From Candidatus Binatia bacterium (lineage in GTDB: Bacteria > Desulfobacterota > Binatia > UBA9968): DNA of 64,000 bases. Positions 27,792 through 37,181 of this stretch are shown piece after piece; the stretch's first letter is position 1, and each line of letters starts with the position of its first letter. The stretch is from assembly GCA_036506735.1 (NCBI GenBank), contig DASXRG010000152.1, forward strand, positions 3,226 to 67,225, in the 5' to 3' direction. The notes beneath the pieces were generated by a model. It saw nothing but the letters and a program-made list of their open reading frames with translations, was not told the origin of the DNA and did no database searches. Position numbers and translations under genes: made by a program.

Positions 27792-29720
27792 TTAGCGAGT
27801 GTTTGGCCGAGACGCCGAACCGCTGTGCTCGCGAGCGGCACTCACCGTGCCGTTCGCGCCGCGCCGAGCACTGATGACCAGGCCGCGCTGGTTGGAATCC
27901 AGGGGGTCGCCGCCGATCCGATAGACCGGTTGATAATTGTTTTCGACGAATTCGAGGATCTCACGGCCGCTCTCGGGACTCTCGCCGAAGCGGCGCACGC
28001 CGAACTCCTGCAAATCGCGCGTGATGAAGACCACTCGGTCGGGCGGATCGGCGTGCAATTGTTCCATCAAGATTTTTCGTTCTGCGGGCGTCAAGAAGGC
28101 CGGCTGGAAAACGTAAATGGACGCAGGGCTCGGCAGGCGCGTCAGGTAATTCAACATGATGCCTTCCGGCAATACGAGCAACGTTTGCGCCGACCGGTCG
28201 GCCGTCAGGTACCTCCTCGCCGCCTCGACCAGCGCGCCGGACGGCTCGACGTCCGAGGCGTAGGCGTAAAATCGGTCCGGCCCGGTTCCCACGGGTTGCT
28301 CCTGAAGCGCGAACCGGTCGGCGGAATCCCACGCGACGGCGCCGCCGCCGTAAAGTATCACGACGATCAGCAGAGCTTGATAACATATTCGCGCCGTTCC
28401 AACCAGGGCGAAGCGATCCGGCACGACGGAAAGCAAAGTTGCAATGGCGACAATCGCCGCCAGGGCCGCTTGGTAAAAGCCGTAATGGTACACTCTGGGA
28501 TTCAAAGCCATGCGTACGAGCAGAACGGCGGCCGCAAGCCACAGCAGAATCCGGGTGGCCGTCGCAGCGTCGACGCGGGCGTCGGACCGGGCGCGCCCCA
28601 TGCGCGATAGCTCCAGAAGCCCGGCCAGGATCAGCAGTGCGGGAATGGTTCGCCCCACTTCATTCCAGGGAACCCACGAAAAAATCCAAATGCCGGAGAT
28701 CGCCGCGAGCGCGGCAAAGAGGTACAGCAGGTCGGGAGAACGGCTCCAGCGTCGGCACGCCCAGCCGATGCTTCCGGGGATCGCGACGGCGACGCCGCCC
28801 CAAAGAACCTCTCGCAGCAGATTCGCGGAGATGTTGTCGGTGCCCCGAAAGTATTGCTGTTCCAGCCCTCGTAAGTGAGCCGGAAACCGCAGTGGAGTGA
28901 TCCACGCATTGTTCGCGTATTGCAGCGCGTCCGAAAGCGGAACCCCGGTCCACAGCCGGAACAGCGCCGTCGCCGCGAGCGGCGGCACGATACCGCCCAG
29001 TACGAAACAGAGCGCGGGCACGGCCCAGCGCCGGTTCCACGGCTCGCCGCGTAGTTTTTGCATCAGCAGCGCGACCGCTCCCGTCGTCACCGCCGCCGCG
29101 GCGAGGATGAATTCCGGCTTGAGCAGGACGCAGAGGCCCGCCAGAATCCCCGCGCCAAAAAATTTCCAAGGGCGAAAATGCTCGACGATGCTGCGCCACA
29201 TCAAAACCAACAGCAGGGTCAGCGCTATTCCATGCGTGGCCTCATGCGCGTAGGGAGCGGCGTACGTGTAGTTCCCGATGCCGGCCAGGTGGGAAAAAGA
29301 GAACACCGCCACGAAGACGGCGCACGAGACGCACGCTGCCGCGCGCCCCCAGCCTTCGCGCATCAAATAATACAACAGGACAAGGATCGTCGCGTAAACA
29401 GTCAAGTTGGCGGCGATCAGCGTGGTCAATCCCACTCCAGCCGTTTTGAAGAGCAGGCTGTGGAAATATTGCGACAGCGGCCCGTAGATATGGTACACGT
29501 CCCGATAGAGCACGGCGCCTTGACTGAGGCGCCAGGGCAGGTAAAGTTCGCGGCCGAAATCCACCACCGGGTCCGGCCACTTGCGCCAGGATAAATAAAG
29601 AAAAAAAATCGCCAGCAACACCAGGGCTGCCAGGAGCGCCGTATCGATCAACGTCCACGGGCGCGCGGGAAGAACCGGCGCCGCACGGTTACTCGGTGTG
29701 GCTTTTTTCGCCTTGGCCAT
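27792..29720 (-). CDS. putative GT-C-fold (ArnT/PMT-like) membrane glycosyltransferase
   Basis: Start set at the ATG at 29720 (MAKAKK), 9 nt downstream of the upstream gene stop. More than 10 TM segments and a C-terminal soluble domain of about 200 aa. DFGRELY sits in the first loop. Confidence 0.55.
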   Translation of the reverse strand: MAKAKKATPSNRAAPVLPARPWTLIDTALLAALVLLAIFFLYLSWRKWPDPVVDFGRELYLPWRLSQGAVLYRDVYHIYGPLSQYFHSLLFKTAGVGLTTLIAANLTVYATILVLLYYLMREGWGRAAACVSCAVFVAVFSFSHLAGIGNYTYAAPYAHEATHGIALTLLLVLMWRSIVEHFRPWKFFGAGILAGLCVLLKPEFILAAAAVTTGAVALLMQKLRGEPWNRRWAVPALCFVLGGIVPPLAATALFRLWTGVPLSDALQYANNAWITPLRFPAHLRGLEQQYFRGTDNISANLLREVLWGGVAVAIPGSIGWACRRWSRSPDLLYLFAALAAISGIWIFSWVPWNEVGRTIPALLILAGLLELSRMGRARSDARVDAATATRILLWLAAAVLLVRMALNPRVYHYGFYQAALAAIVAIATLLSVVPDRFALVGTARICYQALLIVVILYGGGAVAWDSADRFALQEQPVGTGPDRFYAYASDVEPSGALVEAARRYLTADRSAQTLLVLPEGIMLNYLTRLPSPASIYVFQPAFLTPAERKILMEQLHADPPDRVVFITRDLQEFGVRRFGESPESGREILEFVENNYQPVYRIGGDPLDSNQRGLVISARRGANGTVSAAREHSGSASRPNTR

Positions 29721-29728
29721 GCCGGCGA

Positions 29729-30514
29729 TCAAATCCCCGCATACCACTCATAACCGCGGTCTTCCCAATAGCCGCCTTTGCCCTGGGCGATTTCTTCGAA
29801 GCTCGCGACGAACTCGATGCGCCGGATGTACTTCGCCATTTTGTATCCCAACTGGGTTTCCACGCGCAGCCGCAGCGGCGCGCCGTGCTCGACGGGCAGC
29901 GGCCGGTCGTTCATCTCGTAAGCGAGGATCGTCTGCGGGTGGCCCGCGTCGCGGAGATCGATGCTTTCATAGAACGCGTTGCCGTCGTCGTCGGTATCCA
30001 TGCAGTAGAAAACTGCGTAGCGCGCGCGGGGGTCCGGCTCGACGTTGATCATGAGCTCCTTTACCGGCACGCCTTTCCACTTGGCGATCGCGCTCCAGCC
30101 CTCGACGCAATCGTGGCGCGTAACCTGCGTCCGCGCCGGCATCGCCTTCAATTGCTCCAGAGTAAAGCGCGCGCGCTTTTTCACCAGGCCGCCGACTTCC
30201 AATCGCCAGTTCGGCCAACCCTGGGCGCTGTCTGTTTGGTACTCGATCGTGAACGGCGGCGGGTTGCCGTTGGGCTTGAAGTGCTTCGAAATGTCTTTTT
30301 CCTCGAATTCCTGGGCCAGGCGTCTTTTCCCGGTCAGCAAGCGGAGCAGGCCGCGATTGGCCGACTCGGCCCATTCGAGAACCGAAACCACCTTCCGGTT
30401 CTGCTGCAGGCCGTTGAACAACTTTTCGCAGCCGGAAAGAAGGACGATGCCGCCGAGTTGAAGCGCGCCCATAAGAATCCGCCTGCGCGAGACGGCCGGA
30501 CTATTTTTCTGCAT
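29729..30514 (-). CDS. molybdopterin-dependent oxidoreductase (YedY/MsrP-like) with Tat signal
   Basis: Start at 30514 (MQKNSPAVSRRRILMG). Contains VTRHDCVEGWSAIAKWKGVP and GAPLRLRVETQLGYKMAKY, typical of the sulfite-oxidase-fold YedY family. Confidence 0.85.
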   Translation of the reverse strand: MQKNSPAVSRRRILMGALQLGGIVLLSGCEKLFNGLQQNRKVVSVLEWAESANRGLLRLLTGKRRLAQEFEEKDISKHFKPNGNPPPFTIEYQTDSAQGWPNWRLEVGGLVKKRARFTLEQLKAMPARTQVTRHDCVEGWSAIAKWKGVPVKELMINVEPDPRARYAVFYCMDTDDDGNAFYESIDLRDAGHPQTILAYEMNDRPLPVEHGAPLRLRVETQLGYKMAKYIRRIEFVASFEEIAQGKGGYWEDRGYEWYAGI

Positions 30515-31523
30515 CGGTTTTTTCCTTTCTCTCCGTCTGCTCAGCGGCGGGCTTAACCGTTTCAGGCTTGAATGGTTTCCGGGGTTCGGGGTCAACGACT
30601 TCGGAAGCTTCCGGGCTGAAGTGTTTCAGGGTTGAAGGTTTGAGACCTTCGGCAGGCTCAGGATTCAAGGGCCGTGGCGCTTCAGCGCCGGCGTCAGTTT
30701 GTGCTTCTTCCTTTTGAACTCTTGGCGCTTCAATTTTTAAACTCTTCTGCCGATACCAGCCCGTGATCATCGACCGCATGTTGTTGATGACGCCCGTGGT
30801 CGCGACCATGAAGACGTGGCCGAAGGTAAAGAAGGCGAAAAGAAAAGTCGTAATGAAATGAAAGCTGCGCGCCGATTGTCTGCCGCCGAACATCGCCGGC
30901 AGCCAGTTGAACGCCGCGTCCATTTGCGGCGACATGGCGAATCCCGAGGCGATGATGAGCGGCGTGAGGATGAAAAACACGCTCGTGTAGGCGAATTTCT
31001 GCAGTGGATTGTATTCACCCTCCTGCGGCGAAGTTTTCCTCAGCCGCAGGTAGTAAAGCACCATGGGAAAAAGCTTGCGCACGTCGCGCGGCGTCCAAAT
31101 GAATTTTCTCAAATGGCCGTTGGCGAGATTGTAGATCAGATAGAGCAGCCCGTTCAGCGCGAAGATCCAGGCGAAGAAAAAATGCCATCTCCTGCCGCCG
31201 GCCAGCCAGTAGAAGCCGGGAATCGTGATCCAGCTGGGAAAGGCGCGCGGCATCGGGCCCATCTCGGTATTCTGCAATCCCAGAAAGCCGGTCGTTTCGA
31301 TCCTCCGGCCGTAAAGCTCCGTGTAGGCGCGCAGCGCGCCGTCCTCGCGCGCCGTGTAGATCGAAAAAAAGGCGTCTTCCGGCTCCGCCTTGCTGCCCCA
31401 GTGAAGATGCGGGTAGGCGTTGAAGATCATGAGACCGCTCATGAATAGGATCACGAGCGCGAGCGCATTGATCCAGTGGGTCGCGCGCGTGATCGGGTTG
31501 TGGCGGTAGGCGAGAGCGCTCAT
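30501..31523 (-). CDS. cytochrome b (Ni/Fe-hydrogenase b-type / PhsC-like) membrane subunit with P/E/K-rich tail
   Basis: Start at 31523 (MSALAYRHNPITRATHWINAL). Four to five TM segments with conserved His. Overlaps the downstream Mo-enzyme gene by 14 nt. Confidence 0.8.
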   Translation of the reverse strand: MSALAYRHNPITRATHWINALALVILFMSGLMIFNAYPHLHWGSKAEPEDAFFSIYTAREDGALRAYTELYGRRIETTGFLGLQNTEMGPMPRAFPSWITIPGFYWLAGGRRWHFFFAWIFALNGLLYLIYNLANGHLRKFIWTPRDVRKLFPMVLYYLRLRKTSPQEGEYNPLQKFAYTSVFFILTPLIIASGFAMSPQMDAAFNWLPAMFGGRQSARSFHFITTFLFAFFTFGHVFMVATTGVINNMRSMITGWYRQKSLKIEAPRVQKEEAQTDAGAEAPRPLNPEPAEGLKPSTLKHFSPEASEVVDPEPRKPFKPETVKPAAEQTERKEKTDAEK

Positions 31524-31624
31524 GTTTTTTCCGGGTCGGCGTGAGGAGTCGAAAACTCCCTCGTTCGCCAACATTTATATCACGGCGGTACGGCGCACCC
31601 AACTCGGACGCGCTGCGACGGTTC

Positions 31625-32404
31625 TTAAAACGAATTCTCTTGCGCGGGATAAGGTTCTTCGTGCTCCGGCGACTCTTCTCCTTTATAAAACAACGGCCGG
31701 CGCTTTTCGCGCTCCGCCTCATCCGCGCTGATGTAGCCGATGCTCGCCATGCGCGACAAGATGAGATTTCTCCGGTACAGCAAACTCTTTTCGCCGGGAT
31801 TGCGCGGGCTGGGCAGCAAGCCGGCGAGAGTCGCGGCGTCGGCCGGAGTCAACGCGGCGGCGGACTTCGCGAGATAGTAGCGCGCCGCCGCCTCGGCGCC
31901 GTAGATTCCGTGGCCCCATTCGACGACGTTCAGATAGAGCTCGAAGATTCTTTTTTTCGACAGCGCGCGTTCGAGCTGTAAAGCGATCACAACCTCGCGC
32001 AGCTTTCTGAGCGGATCTTTGGACGGGCTCAAGTAGAGATTGCGGGCGAGCTGCATCGTGATCGTGCTGCCGCCGCGTTTCAACTGGCGCGTCTCAAGAT
32101 CTTTCCAGAACGCTTCCTTCAGCTCGTATAAATCCACGCCCTTGTGGCTGAAAAACGACGCGTCCTCGCTGACGACGATGGCTTTCTTCAGGTGTTCCGA
32201 TACCGCCTCGTAAGGCACCCAGATCTGCTGCCGGACGGGACGAAGTTTCCGGGCGCGGTATTCTTCGTCGCGTAATTCCATCAACGCCGTAGTGCGCGGA
32301 TTTCTTCGCTTCAGCAGCGCGACGTCCGGCAGGCTCACATACTCGTAAGCCGCCACCCCGAGAATGAGCGACAGCAGAAGGCTCTTAAAGAGAAGGCGCT
32401 TCAC
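31625..32404 (-). CDS. mtgA: monofunctional peptidoglycan glycosyltransferase
   Basis: SEDASFFSHKGVD, GGSTITMQLARN and LLPSPRN are GT51 motifs. N-terminal TM anchor. Confidence 0.9.
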   Translation of the reverse strand: MKRLLFKSLLLSLILGVAAYEYVSLPDVALLKRRNPRTTALMELRDEEYRARKLRPVRQQIWVPYEAVSEHLKKAIVVSEDASFFSHKGVDLYELKEAFWKDLETRQLKRGGSTITMQLARNLYLSPSKDPLRKLREVVIALQLERALSKKRIFELYLNVVEWGHGIYGAEAAARYYLAKSAAALTPADAATLAGLLPSPRNPGEKSLLYRRNLILSRMASIGYISADEAEREKRRPLFYKGEESPEHEEPYPAQENSF

Positions 32405-33435
32405 GGTCGCGCCAGGAGTCTGGCGGCCTTCAGGCTCAGCGACGAAAGCGGATGCCGCCCGAGCGAGGAAACGCGAACCCAGCGCCAGCGCGGGCCGCGC
32501 GGACGCGCGGTGCCGGTGCAGAGATAGACCGGCGCGCGAATTTTTCGGTTGGTTATCGTGTGGCGGATCACGGCCATCAACGATTGCGGTTTAATCAGTT
32601 TACCCGCGCCGTTCAAATGGCGGCGGAGGGCCGCGCGCAGCGTCTCGTTCTTTTTTCTTTCGCCGCCGGGAATTTCCCAGAGGCCCGGCAAGATGCCGCC
32701 CGCGGGCCGGCGGCGCAACAGGATCTTACCCGTATTTTCGACGAGGGCTAAGGGCCAGTCGATGTTTCGCGTCACCGGCTTGGCGCGGCGGCCGCGCAGC
32801 CGGGTGCGTCCGGATTTTCGCGCGCCGCAGCATGAGGCGACGGGACACTTCGAGCAACGCGGCTCGCGCGGCAGGCAAACCGTCGCGCCCAAATCCATCA
32901 AAGCCTGATTAAAATCTCCCGGGCGCGGCGCCGCCGCCAGCCGCGCGGCGTTTTGCCGCAGATTGTTTTCCGTCCTGGCGTTGAACAGCCGCGCCAGCAC
33001 GCGGCGGGCGTTGCCGTCGAGCGCGGGATAGGGCGCGTCGAAAGCGATGCTCATCAAGGCGCCGGCGGTGTAGTCGCCGATTCCCGGCAGGGCGCGGAGC
33101 GCGCGGAAGTCGCGCGGCATGTGGCCTTGGTATTCGCGCACAATCGTTCTTGCCGCCGCTTTCAAATTTATCGCGCGGCGATAGTAGCCGAGGCCGGACC
33201 AAAGCGCCAACACGTCTTCGCGGCGCGCGCGATCGAGCGCGGCGACCGATGGGAAAGCTCGCAAGAATCGTCGGTAGTAGGGAAGAACGGTTTTGACTTG
33301 CGTCTGCTGCAGCATCGTCTCGGCGATCCAGATCGCGTACGGATCGCGCGTGCGGCGCCACGGCAAATCGCGCCGCGTCCGGCCGTACCAAGCGAGCAGC
33401 GCGCGGCGCACGCGCTTGTGCTTGTCGCTGTCCAC
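32401..33435 (-). CDS. mutY: A/G-specific adenine DNA glycosylase
   Basis: LPWRRTRDPYAIWIAETMLQQTQV, PGIGDYTAGA, the C..C..C Fe-S loop CLPREPRCSKCPVASCC, and a C-terminal NUDIX-like domain. Confidence 0.9.
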   Translation of the reverse strand: MDSDKHKRVRRALLAWYGRTRRDLPWRRTRDPYAIWIAETMLQQTQVKTVLPYYRRFLRAFPSVAALDRARREDVLALWSGLGYYRRAINLKAAARTIVREYQGHMPRDFRALRALPGIGDYTAGALMSIAFDAPYPALDGNARRVLARLFNARTENNLRQNAARLAAAPRPGDFNQALMDLGATVCLPREPRCSKCPVASCCGARKSGRTRLRGRRAKPVTRNIDWPLALVENTGKILLRRRPAGGILPGLWEIPGGERKKNETLRAALRRHLNGAGKLIKPQSLMAVIRHTITNRKIRAPVYLCTGTARPRGPRWRWVRVSSLGRHPLSSLSLKAARLLARP

Positions 33436-33520
33436 GACGGCAAGCTACTGAGTAAAAGCGCGCAAATCAAGCGCGCCTCGTCGCAGCACCCACGAATTTC
33501 GGGGATTTACGGCGCTTTCC

Positions 33521-33549
33521 TTGCGAAGAATCCTCTCGTGGCGTATAAA
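33521..33549 (+). promoter_or_regulatory. sigma70-like promoter (TTGCGA-N17-TATAAA) giving a near-leaderless ABC exporter transcript
   Basis: -35 at 33521-33526 and -10 at 33544-33549. The ATG of the ABC gene is at 33558 and has no Shine-Dalgarno. Confidence 0.4.
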
Positions 33550-33557
33550 TTTCTCCT

Positions 33558-35306
33558 ATGGGCGGAATGGGACGGCTCAAGGGCTACCTGCTGCGTTACT
33601 GGCGGCGCTATCTTTTCGGCTCCGTCTGTTTATTGGCCACGGTGACCCTGGTGATGTGGATTCCGTGGTGGATGCGGGAGGCCGTCCGGATCATGGAGCA
33701 CGGCGGCTCGCTCGCCGACGTGCGCTATTACGCGCTGCTGATCGGCATCGCCGGCACGGCGCAGGGATTCATCCGCACTTTTTCGCGCGCGCTTATCTTC
33801 AACGCCGGCCGCGACATCGAGTACGATCTGCGCAACGATCTGTTTGCGCACCTGCAGAAGCTGCCGATCAGCTTCTACCACTCGCAGCGGACCGGCGACT
33901 TGATGTCGCGCGTAATCAACGACATCTCCGCGGTGCGCTCGCTGCTCGGTCCCGGCATTCTCAATTTCTTCAACGCGCCGGTCTATTTCGTCTACGCCAC
34001 CGTCCTGATGTTGTCGATCGACGTGCGGCTGACTCTCGTCGCGCTCCTGCCGTGCCCGCTGTTGATCTACGCGGTGCGCAAATTTCGCGGCCGGATCATG
34101 AGGGCGTCGCTCCGGGTGCAGCAGCAGATGGCGGAGCTGAGCAGCCATATCCAGGAGAACTTGAGCGGCATGCACGTCGTCAAGGCGTACACGCAGGAGG
34201 AAAATCAGATTCGCGACTTCGTCCGCCTCAATCAGGATTTCCAGGCAAAAAGCATGGAGCTGGCCAAGCTCCGTGGTCTGGTGAGCCCGGTGATGCAGGG
34301 ACTCAGCGGCCTCACCGTTCTGTTCGTGATCGGCTACGGCGGCTTCCGCGTCATCCGCGGCGATCTACTCATCGCGGACATCGTCGCGTTTATCGCCTAT
34401 CTCAGCGTGCTCGCCTGGCCGACCGCCGCGTTCGGCTGGATGATCTCGCTCATAGAACGCGGTCGGGCGGCGATGGAGCGGCTGGAAGAGATTTTCAAAG
34501 TCGAGCCGGCGATCACGAGCCCGGCGCAGCCGCTGGCGCTGGCGGACTCACGGGAAGGCATCGAGTTCCGCAAGGTCTCTTTCGGTTACGACGCGAAGGG
34601 GAACGGCGACGCGATTCTGCAAGAGATCGACGTCGTGGTGCCGCGCGGCCGCACGCTCGCGATCGTGGGCCGCACCGGCGCGGGCAAGAGCACCTTGGCG
34701 CAGCTCATCCCGCGGCTTTACGACGTGTCCTCGGGCGAGATTCGGCTGGGCGGAAAAGATCTCCGCTCGCTGTCGCTCGCCGAGCTGCGCCGGACGCTGG
34801 GCTACGTGCCGCAGGATCCTTTTCTCTTTTCCACCTCGCTCAACCGCAACCTGGCGTTCGGCCGGGACTCGATCTCGGACGAGGAGATCGAAGAGGCGGT
34901 GCGCGTGACGCGCCTGGACCGTGACGTGGCGATTTTTCCCGACGGCTTGCACACGGTCGTGGGCGAGCGGGGGATCACACTGTCGGGCGGACAAAAACAG
35001 CGCGCGACTCTGGCGCGCGCGCTGCTCCTCGATCCGCCGTTTCTCGTCCTGGACGATTGCCTCTCCAGCGTGGACACCGAGACCGAGGACAAAATCCTGC
35101 GCGGCCTCAAGTCCGCGCTCAAGGAAAAAACCTGCGTGATTATTTCGCACCGGATCTCCGCGGTCAGAGAGGCGGACGAAATACTGGTGCTCGACGAGGG
35201 CAGGATTATCGAGCGCGGCACGCACCAGGAGCTGGTGCTCAAAGACGGCCTCTACGCCGATCTTTATCGCCAGCAGCAGTTGTCGGAGGAGCTCGAGCAG
35301 ATCTGA
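33558..35306 (+). CDS. ABC exporter, fused permease/ATPase (MsbA/MdlA-like half transporter)
   Basis: 582 aa. Six TM segments, then GRTGAGKST (Walker A), LSGGQKQR and LVLDD. Confidence 0.9.
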   Translation: MGGMGRLKGYLLRYWRRYLFGSVCLLATVTLVMWIPWWMREAVRIMEHGGSLADVRYYALLIGIAGTAQGFIRTFSRALIFNAGRDIEYDLRNDLFAHLQKLPISFYHSQRTGDLMSRVINDISAVRSLLGPGILNFFNAPVYFVYATVLMLSIDVRLTLVALLPCPLLIYAVRKFRGRIMRASLRVQQQMAELSSHIQENLSGMHVVKAYTQEENQIRDFVRLNQDFQAKSMELAKLRGLVSPVMQGLSGLTVLFVIGYGGFRVIRGDLLIADIVAFIAYLSVLAWPTAAFGWMISLIERGRAAMERLEEIFKVEPAITSPAQPLALADSREGIEFRKVSFGYDAKGNGDAILQEIDVVVPRGRTLAIVGRTGAGKSTLAQLIPRLYDVSSGEIRLGGKDLRSLSLAELRRTLGYVPQDPFLFSTSLNRNLAFGRDSISDEEIEEAVRVTRLDRDVAIFPDGLHTVVGERGITLSGGQKQRATLARALLLDPPFLVLDDCLSSVDTETEDKILRGLKSALKEKTCVIISHRISAVREADEILVLDEGRIIERGTHQELVLKDGLYADLYRQQQLSEELEQI

Positions 35307-35309
35307 AGC

Positions 35310-37178
35310 ATGGATAATCGCCCAGCGACAAACAATAACAGGCCGGGCAACAGACCGCCGGCCGGCCCATCGACTTCCCCTTACCAGGAAGAAATTTTCG
35401 GCAAGGCCTACGATCTCCGGTTGATCCGGAGATTGTGGCGCTTTCTCATTCCCTACAAAAAACTTTTCTGGCTGGCGGCGCTGCTGCTGCCGCTGCTGCA
35501 ACTCTTCGGCCTCGCCCAACCCTATCTCATGAAGGTCGCCATCGATAACTACATGGCGTCGAAAGATGTCTGGGGACTCCAGGGAATCGCCGCGCTGCTG
35601 CTCGTGGCGATCGTCGGGGAGGCGGTGACCACCTACCTCCACTATTACCTGACGATGCTGGTGGCGCAGCGGTCGCTCGCCGACATGCGCGTGGCGATCT
35701 TTTCGCACGTGCAAAAACTGCCGATGAGCTACTTCGACCGCAATCCGGTGGGCCGCCTGGTGACGCGCATGACCACCGACGTGGACGTTCTGCAGGAAAT
35801 GTTCGCGGCGGGCGCGATGACCGTGCTATCGGATTTCATCATGCTGGTGTGGATCGTCGCGATCATGTTCTACCTGCACGTGAAGCTCGCGCTGGTCTCG
35901 CTCGCGCTGATTCCGCCGATGTTTTTCGCGATCAATTTCTTCCGCCACCGAGCGCGGCGGGCCTACCGGCTCATCCGCGAGCGCATCGCCCGCATCAACG
36001 CCTATCTCGGCGAGGCGATCTCGGGAATGGCCGTGATCCAATTATTCGTCCGCGAGGGCAAGAGTTACCGGGACTTCGACGAGCTCAACGCCGCGCACCG
36101 CGACGCGAACCAGCTGTCCAACATTTACGAGGCGTCGCTTTATTCGATGGTCGAGGCGGCGGGCTCGATCAGCATCGGTCTGCTCCTCTGGTACGGCAGC
36201 GGCGAGGTGCTGGCCGGAGTCATCGGGATCGGAACTCTGGTGGCGTTCAAAGAATACATCAGCCGCTTCTTCGTGCCGCTGCGCGACTTCAGCCAGAAGT
36301 ACACCGTCATGCAGTCGGCGATGTCGTCCGCCGAGCGCATCTTTCATCTGCTCGATACGCCGGTCGCGATCGCCAGCCCGACGAATCCGATAGTCCCGAA
36401 GCCCTTCCGCGGCGAGGTCAGCTTCGAGGACGTCTGGTTCAGCTATAAAGAAGACACGCCGGTGTTGAAGGGGGTCTCGTTCCGCATCGAGCCCGGCGAG
36501 AGAGTGGCGGTGGTCGGAGCGACCGGCTCGGGGAAAACCACGACGATCAAGCTGCTGAGCCGCTTCTACGATATCCAGCGCGGCTCGATCAAAGTCGGCG
36601 GCGTGGACGTTCGCGAGTGGGATTTACAGGCGCTCCGAAGGCACATCGGCGTTGTGCTACAAGACGTATTTCTCTTCTCCGGCGACATCCGGACCAACCT
36701 GTCGCTCGGCGACGTGGACATTCCGACCGAGCGTATCGAGCAGGCGACGAAATACGCCAACGTCGAGCGCGTCATTTATCGCCTGCCGGCCGGGCTCGGC
36801 GCGCAGGTGCGCGAGCGCGGCAGCAATTTCTCCACCGGCCAGCGGCAGCTTTTGTCGCTGGCGCGCGTGCTCGTGTTCCAGCCGGAAATTCTAGTCTTGG
36901 ACGAGGCGACATCGAGCGTGGACACGGAAACCGAATTGTTGATTCAAGACGCGCTGGAGAAAGTCATGGAAGGCCGGACATGTTTGGTCATCGCCCACCG
37001 CCTCTCCACGATCCGCAACGCCGACCGGATCATCGTCTTTCACCACGGCGAGATCCGCGAAGTCGGCACGCACGCCGAGCTGATGCAAAAGCGGGGAATT
37101 TATTACCGGCTCTACGAGCTGCAATACGCCACGGAAGAGCCGAAAGTTGCGGCGGAGGATACGGGGGCGAAGATGTGA
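35310..37178 (+). CDS. ABC exporter, fused permease/ATPase (MdlB-like partner half transporter)
   Basis: 622 aa, 3 nt after the previous stop. Contains GATGSGKTT, FSTGQRQL and LVLDEATS. Confidence 0.9.
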   Translation: MDNRPATNNNRPGNRPPAGPSTSPYQEEIFGKAYDLRLIRRLWRFLIPYKKLFWLAALLLPLLQLFGLAQPYLMKVAIDNYMASKDVWGLQGIAALLLVAIVGEAVTTYLHYYLTMLVAQRSLADMRVAIFSHVQKLPMSYFDRNPVGRLVTRMTTDVDVLQEMFAAGAMTVLSDFIMLVWIVAIMFYLHVKLALVSLALIPPMFFAINFFRHRARRAYRLIRERIARINAYLGEAISGMAVIQLFVREGKSYRDFDELNAAHRDANQLSNIYEASLYSMVEAAGSISIGLLLWYGSGEVLAGVIGIGTLVAFKEYISRFFVPLRDFSQKYTVMQSAMSSAERIFHLLDTPVAIASPTNPIVPKPFRGEVSFEDVWFSYKEDTPVLKGVSFRIEPGERVAVVGATGSGKTTTIKLLSRFYDIQRGSIKVGGVDVREWDLQALRRHIGVVLQDVFLFSGDIRTNLSLGDVDIPTERIEQATKYANVERVIYRLPAGLGAQVRERGSNFSTGQRQLLSLARVLVFQPEILVLDEATSSVDTETELLIQDALEKVMEGRTCLVIAHRLSTIRNADRIIVFHHGEIREVGTHAELMQKRGIYYRLYELQYATEEPKVAAEDTGAKM

Positions 37179-37181
37179 GGT

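Noticed and set aside
33521-34924. 467-aa alternate-frame ORF, together with the 388-aa antisense ORF at 34548..35714
   Set aside because: Both overlap the ABC exporter genes, whose Walker A, signature and Walker B motifs fix the true frame. The products are Arg/Pro/Ala-rich and have no domain pattern.
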